Source: Mantamonas sphyraenae STR306 (Eukaryota; Protista; CRuMs). Taken from it: 64,000 nt of DNA. Positions 54,506 through 64,000 of the stretch are shown here, in pieces (the first letter of the stretch is position 1; every line of letters starts with the position of its first letter). The notes under the pieces were generated by a model. That model was given only the letters and a program-made list of their open reading frames with translations, was not told where the DNA came from and did no database searches. The position numbers and the translations under genes are program-made. The DNA lies in the NCBI GenBank assembly GCA_026936335.1, contig JAPMXV010000051.1:1-64000 (forward strand), given 5' to 3'.

Positions 54506-57271
54506 TCATTCCTTGCTGCTCACAGCCGCCTCCACCCTGGCCAGCTCTTCCTCGATCGCCTCCCGGCTGGGCTTGTACCCGTTGAAATCACTCCCGTACT
54601 TCTCGTCCAATTGGTCCAGCAGATCCACGCTCTTGCGTGCGTGTTCCAACGACTGCTGCAGCGTCGACGCCGCCTGCGCCTCCTCGCCCATCTCTGCATA
54701 TGCGTGCGCCAATACACGCCCAAACGCAGCTCGTTTCCAGTAGATTTTCGCCCCCAGCGCAAGGTCGTTGCACGTGCGGATGCACGTGCGGATGGTGTCC
54801 AGCTTGTCCAGCGCGTCCGCCACCATCTTTGCTCGCTCCTCCGCATCCGCAATCAACTCTGCGTGCTGCGCAATTGCAGACGCCCAGCCCATGATCCAGT
54901 ACATGTTGTCTGGGTTCGACGCCACGCTGGCTGCCAGGTGCAGGTTGGCACGCGCAAACAGACGTGCCGCAGTCTTTGGGTCCCGCTCCACCACACTGTC
55001 CGCCTCCAACGTCGCAGCCATTCCCAGCGAGTGGTCCACAATGTTCAAATGCTTTGTGCGCGGCTCAAACCCGAGCACATCGCCTCGTGTCAGAACCGTC
55101 CCAGACACATCGCCATGCAGCTGCTCCATCACCGGACCCGACAATCGGAACCCAGTCATCTCTCCCAGCCGCTGAATCAGCGCCGCTTTGTCCACCGCGT
55201 CGTACAGAGACACCGTGATGTCCATCTCGTGCTGGCCCAGCGCACGGCTGCCAAACTTGGCCAGGATGCTCTTTTTCAGCGACACCCGCCAAAAATGGTC
55301 TGCGGTCTCGTCCAGCAGCGTTGTCAGGTAATGTGTCACTGCGTTTCGCATGTCATCCTCTGCTGGCGACAGCGTGCTTCGCATCAACGCACGCAGCGCC
55401 TGCTTGCACACCCGCGCCACCATTTCCAGCAGCAGCGCAGCACGCACCTCTTCCGTCTCCACATGCGCACGCACAAGGCCCATCAGACGCACGTTGATTC
55501 CGTTGCGATGCATCGCCTCCACCAGCCGCACATTGCCCCATCGCCCGGCGCCGTGCTCTCGATCAAGCAGTGCCCCAAACGCAGGAACCACCTGCGTCAA
55601 CAGCTCCCGCGTCGCCTGCAACACTTCCTGGTCGTTCACACGCCCGTCGTCGTCAAAAGACGACAGCGCGTCCGACGACAGCGCTCGCGAGTGCCGCTTC
55701 ACAAACTCGGGCCGCATCAGTTGGAACAGATGAGCGTTTGCAGGCGACGATTTGCTCATCGCCACGGGCGGGAACAATCGTGCAAAATCCAACAAGTAGA
55801 ACCGTCCGTCCGTGCCTCGGTGGCCTTCAATGTCCGCTGGGCCCACGATTGCCGTTCCGTTGCTCCTGTGCTTCTTCAGGTTCAACTTGGTGCCCGCTTG
55901 CTCCATCAGCGCGTTGAACGCTGCGTCGTCTGCATGCACCACATGGCCATGCACACTCGCTTCGTCTGTCCCGTAGATGAGCGAGTCGGAGGCGATGGGC
56001 AGCACACTCACAGCCACCAGGCGATACCCTTTGTAGTCAACAAGCGCCATCAGCGGCGTGCACAGCTCCGACACCATCGTACCACGCACGTTCGACAGCC
56101 CTTTCAGCTCGTGGCCTGCCACCTTGGACGCGTGCTCGTCGCTCCCATACAAGCCGTGTTCGTCCACTGCAAACTTGAACAGGATGTTGTGCACCAAATA
56201 CTTTTCTCCTCCCGCATGCCCACGCCCTCGAATCGGCTGGATTGTTTTGTTCGCGTGCGCTGTGTTCACTTCGCTGATGATCACCCGTCCATACATGGTC
56301 GCCGCCTGCACAAAGTCGGTCGCCAGGCTCGCCAGCGACCGAAACACGTCTGCAAGCTTGCGCTGATCGCATTCTGCCAGATACAGCTGTTCCGAAAGCT
56401 TCTGAAACTGTCCGTTCCAGTCTGTTTCGTGCTGCGTCACACTCACCGCTTCCTGCAGCGCCTCCTCGTCCCCGGTCTCCTCCTTCCCGTACGACGACGA
56501 CGACGACGACCCCACCGACTCCAACAGCTCATGCACAGACGACACAGACGACGACGACGAAACTCCCGACGCCAAACTGTGCCCGCCCATGTTGTACAAC
56601 GTATTCAACGGCGAATCCACAAGAGGCGCCCGTCCTCGCTTCTTCGGCGTCCCATCACCACCGTCCACCACATCCTCCTCACTCTCCACCTTGCGCAGGC
56701 GATCCAGCGAATCCAACGACACCTCATCCCCCGCTTGAAGCAGCTTGTCCAGGAAACTCGTCTGCGAGGCGCCCAAGTGGCTCGAAGGAGCATATTGTCC
56801 ATACCCTTCCGCTTCCGGCTGCCCATCCTTGCTTTCCTCTGCCGAAGCCAAACCCATCACATCCAACACCCTTGCACTGGCTCCGTACGCTTGTCCCACG
56901 CCATTGTCTCTCTGCACGCCTCCATACGCGTCTCCGCGTCCCGCCGCCGTTTTGGCCGGAAGCGCCACAAACAATTCCAACGCCTTTCGCTGGCTCTCCG
57001 CCAGTTCGTTGTATTCTGCGGCCTCGTTCAGCGAGCACTGGTGGTACGCCATCAGCATCAGCGCACGCGTCGCCTCTGGATCCAGCGGAACCGCCATCGC
57101 CTTGTCCGAATCCGAACCGTGTTCCGCCACGGCCTTGTGCACCGCTGCCGACACACTCGCAATCACCACACGATGCGCAGGAAACGTCTCTTCAATCTCG
57201 TTGTCCTCCGTAGGACACAGCTGCAAGTCTGCAAACTCATCGCTGTCCAAGAACGACGCCAACCGTGGCAT
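54506..57271 (-). CDS. BTB + Clu (clustered-mitochondria-like) domain protein with helical/TPR-like tail
   Basis: N-terminal BTB FADLQL...FPAHRVVIASVS; Clu motifs GHAGGEKY...NILFKFAVD, AGHELKGL, PLMALVDYKGYRLVA, GPADIEGHRGTDGRFYLLDFARLFPP, MHRNGINVRLMG, LLEMVAR. Confidence 0.88.
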   Translation of the reverse strand: MPRLASFLDSDEFADLQLCPTEDNEIEETFPAHRVVIASVSAAVHKAVAEHGSDSDKAMAVPLDPEATRALMLMAYHQCSLNEAAEYNELAESQRKALELFVALPAKTAAGRGDAYGGVQRDNGVGQAYGASARVLDVMGLASAEESKDGQPEAEGYGQYAPSSHLGASQTSFLDKLLQAGDEVSLDSLDRLRKVESEEDVVDGGDGTPKKRGRAPLVDSPLNTLYNMGGHSLASGVSSSSSVSSVHELLESVGSSSSSSYGKEETGDEEALQEAVSVTQHETDWNGQFQKLSEQLYLAECDQRKLADVFRSLASLATDFVQAATMYGRVIISEVNTAHANKTIQPIRGRGHAGGEKYLVHNILFKFAVDEHGLYGSDEHASKVAGHELKGLSNVRGTMVSELCTPLMALVDYKGYRLVAVSVLPIASDSLIYGTDEASVHGHVVHADDAAFNALMEQAGTKLNLKKHRSNGTAIVGPADIEGHRGTDGRFYLLDFARLFPPVAMSKSSPANAHLFQLMRPEFVKRHSRALSSDALSSFDDDGRVNDQEVLQATRELLTQVVPAFGALLDREHGAGRWGNVRLVEAMHRNGINVRLMGLVRAHVETEEVRAALLLEMVARVCKQALRALMRSTLSPAEDDMRNAVTHYLTTLLDETADHFWRVSLKKSILAKFGSRALGQHEMDITVSLYDAVDKAALIQRLGEMTGFRLSGPVMEQLHGDVSGTVLTRGDVLGFEPRTKHLNIVDHSLGMAATLEADSVVERDPKTAARLFARANLHLAASVASNPDNMYWIMGWASAIAQHAELIADAEERAKMVADALDKLDTIRTCIRTCNDLALGAKIYWKRAAFGRVLAHAYAEMGEEAQAASTLQQSLEHARKSVDLLDQLDEKYGSDFNGYKPSREAIEEELARVEAAVSSKE

Positions 57272-57319
57272 GCTTCCTGTGTTTCCTGTGGCAGCGCCCT
57301 CGCGCCCGCCCACCCACCC
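57272..57319. promoter_or_regulatory. 48-nt divergent intergenic interval (candidate bidirectional promoter)
   Basis: Lies between the BTB-Clu ATG (57271, -) and the MIT-PRONE ATG (57320, +); promoter function is inferred. Confidence 0.45.
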
Positions 57320-58897
57320 ATGACCTCCTCCTCCACCTCCACCTCCTCCAGAGACATCTTCACACGTGCCTTTGAGGTTGCCGAGAGGGCCGAGGATGCA
57401 AAGATGGCTCGCGACACTGAGACCGAGTATGCTCTGCGCCTCGAGTCCATCGACCTCTTTCTCCAGTGTGCCCGCCTCGTCCCCGACGACTCGGATGTCT
57501 ACGCCCTCATCATGCGCAACGCCTCCGAATACGTCACCCGCGCCGAACTCATGGAATCCATGATGAAGATGACAGGCGCCTTGCCCCCCTCCCCCTCCAC
57601 CTCCTCCCCCTCCACCTCCTCCCCCTCCACCACCACCACCACCCCCACCATCCCCACCACTTCCTCCCTCGGCCCCTCTGACAACTCTATCGACGTCGAA
57701 GACATTGCAGCCGCCCTGCAAGGCATGGACAGCCCCAAGGACTCGCACGACGGTGCAGAGCTTTCGGTGGGAAGCGACAACACAGCCATGGCCGAACTCC
57801 TCGCCCTCAAATCCAAGCTCGGTCGCCTCATGCTCGGCGACGACCTTAGCGGAGGCACTGTCGGAGAACACAGCGCTCTCACCGTCACCAACGCCATCAC
57901 AAACCTTGCCTCCGCCTGCTTTGGCGAACTCAAACGCCTCCAGCCCATGAGCCAGGAAGCACGAAACAAGTGGAACACAGAACTCGAGTGGCTCATTGCT
58001 CCTTGCGACCACATCGTCGTCCGCCGCAGTGCCATGCAGGTCAACCAACACACAGGCGAAGAAGTCGAGGTCATGGTCAGCCAGCAGCGCGACGACCTCG
58101 CCACAACCCTCCCTGTGCTCAGAGACATCGACGCCGCCCTCCAAGAGACCCTCGACCACTTTCAAGACCCGCCCTTTGACTACATCAAGGCTTCAGACGC
58201 GCAAAAAGGCAACCGCTCCTCCTCCTCCACGTCCCCGTCCCCGTCTTCCTCAAAGTGGTGGATCGACATCCCACAAATCCCACAACAAGGACTAGACGAC
58301 GACTACGTCGCATGGATGCAGGACATGCTTGCGGCCGTTGTCTCCAACAAATCCGACTGCGAACAAATCAACCGCGACGCCCTCTCCGCCATGGCCGTCC
58401 CACAGGACTATCTCCTCACCCTGGCCAACAAGGCCAAGAACGAGCTCGGCGACTCTCTGTATCACCTTCTCGTCGACCAGGACACAGACGCAAACGGCAG
58501 CGGCGGCACCTTTGACGCAGACAACGCCGCCCAACTCCTCATCCAGGAGCAGAACGGCGACAAGCTGGCCGTACTCGACGCCATCAATGCCCTCGAACGT
58601 GCTGCTGCCATCTGGCAACGCAAACTCGACTCCTCAAAGTCTCACGATCCCCACGGCAAGGCACAGGCCCTCGCACGCACCTGGCAGCTTGTTCACGCTA
58701 TCCGTCAGCGCTCTCCCGGCCTCGGCCAGAGTGCTCTCGAGGCTGCAAAGATCAAAGCCAACAAGGATGTCGGCTTTGCCGTCCTCGAATCCTGGAGCCG
58801 CGTCCTCGAGTCTCGTGCCGCCTCCATTGCCCAACGTGTCCAAGATGTCCTCGACGCACACTACAGCCACCAAGAAACCATGTCCAACAACCAATGA
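57320..58897 (+). CDS. MIT-like domain + PRONE (RopGEF-type Rho guanine nucleotide exchange) domain protein, 525 aa
   Basis: PRONE motifs in order: KLGRLMLGDDLSGG, SALTVTNAITNLASACFGELKRLQPM, KWNTELEWL..PCDHIV, EVMVSQQRDDL...LPVLRDID, KWWIDIPQIPQQGL, MAVPQDYL..L...LGDSLY, QRSPGLGQSALE..KIKANKDVGFAVLESWSRVLES. Confidence 0.9.
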   Translation: MTSSSTSTSSRDIFTRAFEVAERAEDAKMARDTETEYALRLESIDLFLQCARLVPDDSDVYALIMRNASEYVTRAELMESMMKMTGALPPSPSTSSPSTSSPSTTTTTPTIPTTSSLGPSDNSIDVEDIAAALQGMDSPKDSHDGAELSVGSDNTAMAELLALKSKLGRLMLGDDLSGGTVGEHSALTVTNAITNLASACFGELKRLQPMSQEARNKWNTELEWLIAPCDHIVVRRSAMQVNQHTGEEVEVMVSQQRDDLATTLPVLRDIDAALQETLDHFQDPPFDYIKASDAQKGNRSSSSTSPSPSSSKWWIDIPQIPQQGLDDDYVAWMQDMLAAVVSNKSDCEQINRDALSAMAVPQDYLLTLANKAKNELGDSLYHLLVDQDTDANGSGGTFDADNAAQLLIQEQNGDKLAVLDAINALERAAAIWQRKLDSSKSHDPHGKAQALARTWQLVHAIRQRSPGLGQSALEAAKIKANKDVGFAVLESWSRVLESRAASIAQRVQDVLDAHYSHQETMSNNQ

Positions 58898-58996
58898 ACA
58901 ACCCTCCTTCTCTCCAAGACGCCAGCTCCCAGCTCCCATCCCCATCCTTCCCCTCCCGGCCCCATCCCAAACTTTGGTTGTGCACAAAAACACCCC

Positions 58997-59024
58997 AAAC
59001 CACAAACCACAAACCACAAACCAC
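58997..59024. repeat. (AAACCAC)4 short tandem repeat in intergenic DNA
   Basis: Four perfect 7-mers between two copies of CACAAAAACACCCC. Confidence 0.8.
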
Positions 59025-59175
59025 AAAAACACCCCGTTTTTTTGAACAGTACGTCCCCTTCTGCGAGATCTGCCACGTGGCTCCTCCGGACGCGTTTGCC
59101 AAATTTTTCGTGCACACCCCCCCTTTTTCCCCCTGCTCACTGACCATTCTGCCTGACCCCACCCCTCCCCAGACC

Positions 59176-62100
59176 ATGGGAAACAATCTGACTTCGAGTC
59201 TGGTTGAAGAGGGCACCGACAAGGCTGCCCTCCTCAGCATGCTGGAGGAATGTGCCGAGGAGGATCAGGAGTGGTTGCGCATGAAAGATTCGCAACTCTT
59301 TGACGACGACTTTGTCAACGAGCGCATCGCTGGTATCGGTCAAGCCTGTACGTACGCCCCTGCACACCTGCTCGCCACCGCCCTTCCCTCCTCCCACTTC
59401 CCTTTTGCCTTTGCTACGCCCGGCCCGGCGCCTCGCCCGCCCTTGCCTTCTCGTTTTGTCTCTTCGCGTTTGTTCGCCCAGAATTCCCTCTTGATCAAAA
59501 CTCCTCCCGCCCCCGTTCCCGGTCTTTGCCCGTCCGCCCTCCACCCAGCCTACCCTCTCACCTGTTCCTCTCACTCACACATCCCTCCCTTGGCCCTTCC
59601 GCTCCCCCGTTGTCCACTTCTCCGCCGTGCAAACACGCAAACACGCACCCGTCACCCTCAGCCCTTTCTTTCGACGAAACCAAAAAGGGCTCCACCATCG
59701 AGGTGGAGAACAAGGGCAAGTCCGCACGCCAGACCTCCGCCGGTATGTACTACTGGCGCTCCGTCCTGGGCAAGACTGCCTTCAAGTCAGGCAAGGTGTC
59801 CTTCTCGGTCAGTTGCGACAAGTGCAACTCGGGGAACATCATGATCGGTGTCGCCGAGGCAAACCACAACCTGCAGGACTACTACATCGGCGGCTCCTCA
59901 AGCTTTGGTGGCTGGAGCTACTACGGCGCATCCTACGCCTACCACAACGGCAGCTCCACCTACTACGGAGAAAGCTATCGCACAGGCGACATCATCACCG
60001 TCGACCTCGACCTCAATGCAGGCACCATCAGCTTCAAGAAGAACGACCGCGACCTCGGCATCGCCTTTTCCGACCTTGCTGGACGTGTCGTCTACCCTGC
60101 TGTCTCCCTCTACGACGCCGAGGATGTCGTCACCCTCATCTCCGGCACCGGAGCGCAGGCCGAGGAGAGCAAGGTGCCCGACCCCTTTGCACGCAGCGAA
60201 GAAACCCTTCGTGGCGTCATGGACGAAGAGTACCTCGCCGTGCAGACCTCCCTCTTGGACTACTCCAACATGATCGGCAAGCTGCCCGCACACGTCATCC
60301 AGCCCACCGACGACGAGAAGCGCATGAAGAAGATCAAGGAGAACACAGAGATTGTCGCCGCAGGCATCGACCTCCGCACCATGAGCATTGCCTCGCGCAC
60401 TTCCATCATCTCGGACTACTCCACCGCCATCTACAAGCGCTTCATGATGCTCCGCCGCGTCCAGCTCGCCCTTCTCCGCGACCAGGTCCGCCGCGAGCAC
60501 GAGAGCGCCACCATGGCCAGCAACAAGAGCAACTACGACGAGGAGAACCCCGTCGACGAGTCTGTCCTTGCCTTTGCTCGCCAGAGCGTCAAGATGCTCC
60601 TCGCCATCTTCAGCCAGGGCAGCTCCCTCGACGAAACCGACTGGCACGGCCTCCTCGACATGGCCCAGCAGCTCGTCAACGACCTGCCCGAGCACGAGCC
60701 CGAGGCTGGCAAGGACCTGCCTCAGGCCATCGACGAGGCCCTCGAGGCCTTCTTTGACGTCCTCAGCACGCAGGCCCCGTCTCTCGTCGCACGCAACAAC
60801 GACCAGCAAGCAGACACCTGTGCACGCATGTTCAACGTCATGTTCAAGATCGCCATGGCCCGCGGCTCCCACGCAAACATGCTCACCCTCGCTGGCATCT
60901 TCCTCGGCTCCGACGCTCCCGCAGGCTGCGACCAGATCCAGGTCTCTGTCCGCAGCGCCCTCGACCGCCTCGCCGCAAAGCACAGCGTCTACGAACTCAA
61001 CGTCGCAAACGCACACTCCGAGCTCAGCTCCTTCACCGCTCCGGACATCTTTGACTTTGCAAACTCCGGCGGCCTCACACGCGAGTCCCACCTCACCGGC
61101 GCCACCTTTGCCTGCGACGGCGCCTACCTCTACCTCCACACAAACACCCACGGTTTGGCAAAGGTCGGTACAGGCAACCAGGGCACAAACACCGTCCCCG
61201 GACGTGTCTACGCAAGCAACCCCGACTTCAACACCGAGAAGAAGGGCTGGCTCGCCTGTGTCGGCGATCGCCTCTACTATCGCCAGGTTGCAGAGGAGAG
61301 CGATCTCCCTTGGATCACCCTCGACACAACCACCCTCCAGCCCGTCGACGACCCCGTAGCCATCGCCGCCCAAAAGTACAACGCCCTCAAACTCGCCGCC
61401 ACCGCTGCCCCAGAAGAAGACGACGCTGCTGACCCCACGGCCGCTGCCGCCGCCGCTTCCTCTGAAGACGGCGCCTCTGCTGCCGCTGCGTCCTCGTCTT
61501 CGTCTTCGTCCTCCTCCGACGCCTCGGCCTCGTCCTCCTCCTCGGGCTCAGACGACGCCGCCGCAAACGACGACGACGACGCGCCCGCCTTTGAGGTCGA
61601 CCCGCGCTTCGAGTACGAGCTCTTCAAGCCCGAATCAAAGTACCACGCCCCGGACTCCGACGACCCCAAGGAGACCGACATGTCGCCCCTCATCGACGAC
61701 AACCGCTACGTGTACTCCCTCACGCGCCGCGTCCAGGTCTCCGAAGACGCCGCCGCCGACGACGAGGACGCCCCACGCAAGTCCACCTTCCACGTCGACA
61801 TCTTTGACCCGCAGGCCGGCATGGCTCACGTCCGTTCCGTCCAGCTCAAGGGCTACAAGAGCGTCAACGTCGCAGACGTCGCCTACGCTGTCAACTGCGG
61901 CGGCGATCGCTTCGTCAGCGAAAACGGCACCGTCTACCTCGCCGACCGCGGCTTTGGACACAGCAACGCCTTTACACGCGCAGAGGACCCCGGCGCAACA
62001 CCAAACGCCCTCCTCTACCGCTCCTGCCGCATGGGCGCAAACGCAAACCTCAACTACTCTGTCGACCTCCCCAACGGCGACTACCGCGTCACCCTCCACA

Positions 62101-64000
62101 TGGCCGAGCTCAAGCACACCACCACAGGCCGCCGTGTCTTTGGCGTACGCTGCAACCGCCGCCAGGTCTTCACCGGCCTCGACCCCTACGCCATCAAGGC
62201 CATGAACGCCTTTGATCTCACCTTTTACGCAACCGTCACCGACGGCACCCTCGACCTCGAGTTTGTCAAGCAGTCCGACATGCCCATGATCAACGGCTTT
62301 GTCATCCACAACTGCAGCACCTCGGGCGAGCACGAGCCCCTCAACCTCCAGCCGGCCACCCTGTCCACAGGCAACTTCTTCACCAACGGTTCCTACCTCT
62401 GCGTCAAGCTCAGCATGTACATGGACACCTTTGACATCTTCAACAAGACCAAGGTCCGCAACGACATGTGCCTCACCTTTGACCTCGAGGACGGCGGCCT
62501 CCGCTGGCTGGAGCTCCTCGGCGACGACGCAACAGGCGCCATGCAGCCCGTCACCTACGACGCAGTCAACAACTGCGGCTGGGTCTACAACGTCGAGACC
62601 ATTGTCAAGCGCGTCAACGAAGGCAACGTCCTGCCCCTCGAGATGTACGGCAACCTGCCCGCAGACCAGGTCGTCACCGCAGAGGACATGGAGGACCTCG
62701 CCACGCGTCTCCTCATGCCCTCGTCTCACGTTGCCAAGCAGCGCGACATCGACGCCCTCTTTGACGCCGACGAAAGCGACTCGGACGACGAGGCAGAGGC
62801 CTTCACCGCTGCCCCGCTCCAGGGCACAGAGTTTGCCATTCGCCTCCTGGCAAACCTCGACCGCCTCTCGCGCGCGCACGCTCACTCCAACCGCGACGCA
62901 CGCGTCGAGCGCGCCCTTTCAAGAGATGGACGGCCAGAGCAAGTCCACAGGCGCCCCCAAGCGCCTCGGCCTCATCTACGAGGTCGACCAGGCCTCGTTT
63001 GCCACCCTCATGTCCATCCTCACCGCCCAGATTGACGCCTTTTACTCCAGCGATCCCGTCGCCGACCAGGACGCCGCCGACCGCAGGTCCCTCGACCTGT
63101 ACGCCGTCCTCGCCGCCCTGCGCCTGCTCAAGATCAACCTGCAGTTCCTCATGCTCAGCAAGACTCCGGCCTACGAGGTCGGCCTTGGCGTCGCTGCAAA
63201 GGGCCAGGGCTCCCTCAAGGGCAAGAAGCGCAAGCTTGCAAACCGCAAGGCCAACGAGCTGCGCCAGGCTGCCCTCGACCTCATGCTGCGCATCGTCAAC
63301 GACGAGCCCGCCATGTACCAGGGAGGCGACCTCGCACAGGCCCTGCACGCTCGTTTTGTGCCTCTCATCCAAACAGAGGCAAGTGTCGTCCTCACTGCAG
63401 GTCTCGACATCTTTTACCCCAACGCCGTCGACCAGGCCACCCTGCTCTCTTCGTACCTCAAGGAGCGCGAGGCCGACCCGGCTGCCTTTGCCAAGGTCAA
63501 GAGCAACTTCCTCGAGGACCTCCTCACCAAGTTCAGCTCCTACAGCACCGTGAGTGGCCTCCTGCAAAACAGCACCGATGGCGCTTCCTCCTCTCTCGCC
63601 CCCGCCGGCGAAAGCACATCCGCTTCCTCCTCGTCCTCCTCGTCCTCCTCGTCCTCCAGCGACGCAGACGACGCAGCCACCTCTGCCGCGTCCACCAGCA
63701 ACGAGGGCATCATGGACACCGTCTCCACCCTCATGGCGGTCGTCCTCCGCGAGACCAACGAGTTTATCCAGGACAACCTGGCCTCGGAGGAACACTACGC
63801 CACCGACTCGTTCTCGCCGCCCGCAACTTCCAAGGCCCTGGCCGTGCTCCTGGCCATCCAGAAGCAGCTCGTGCACAGCGCAGAGATCCCGCCTTCCCTC
63901 GAAGAGCAGGCCGCCAAGGACGAGGACGTGCAGGTCGAGTGCTCAGACTCCCTCGCTCTCCTCATCGCCTACACAAAGAAGGTGTTTGGCCACAGCAAGG
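59176..64000 (+). CDS. 5' part of a giant protein: myristoylation-like MGNNLTS start, SPRY domain, MYCBP2/HECTD4-like segment, malectin domain; probable large E3 ligase; runs off the window
   Basis: Intron 59348-59661; SPRY GDIITVDLDLNAGTISFKKN...YPAVSL; DGAYLYLHTNTHGLAKVGTG...GRVY; malectin AVNCGG...YLADR...LYRS.R...YRVTLHMAEL...RRVFGV; frameshift at ~62916, then open to 64000. Confidence 0.8.

Noticed and set aside
54245-57319. N-terminal ~1000 aa of the 1550-aa ORF, and the reciprocal extension 57272-58165 of the 1219-aa ORF
   Set aside because: Each is antisense read-through of the neighbouring real gene; domain boundaries place the starts at 57320 and 57271.
1-64000. Alternative genetic code or stop-codon read-through
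   Set aside because: Conserved proteins (MetH, BET3, ATG18) translate properly with the standard code; TAA, TAG and TGA all occur as terminators and no in-frame stops interrupt domains.

Overview
Left end of a linear eukaryotic chromosome: (CCCTAA)n telomere at 1-130, then a very compact, GC-rich, intron-poor region with about 22 protein-coding genes. It looks like an unidentified protist; the taxon cannot be fixed from this window. Recognisable genes are cobalamin-dependent methionine synthase, BET3/TRAPPC3, an ATG18/WIPI propeller, an SLC25 carrier, a Patched/SSD protein, an Ank-LRR-Roc-COR protein, a dual-specificity phosphatase and a MORN protein. There are also three very large cell-surface proteins (two Cys-rich multi-TM receptors and one with reelin-like domains). 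Main leads: (1) a full PRONE (RopGEF, nominally plant-specific) domain fused to an MIT-like domain in a genome that does not look like a land plant; (2) a three-gene cluster of F-box proteins fused to TMEM185-like membrane domains, i.e. candidate membrane-embedded SCF receptors; (3) a saw-tooth G/C skew with abrupt G-to-C flips about every 15 kb, independent of gene direction; (4) divergent genes whose start codons are under 70 nt apart or overlap. Seven to eight single-base frameshifts interrupt otherwise intact genes and are most likely assembly errors. All gene models, introns and domain calls were made by eye, without database searches.
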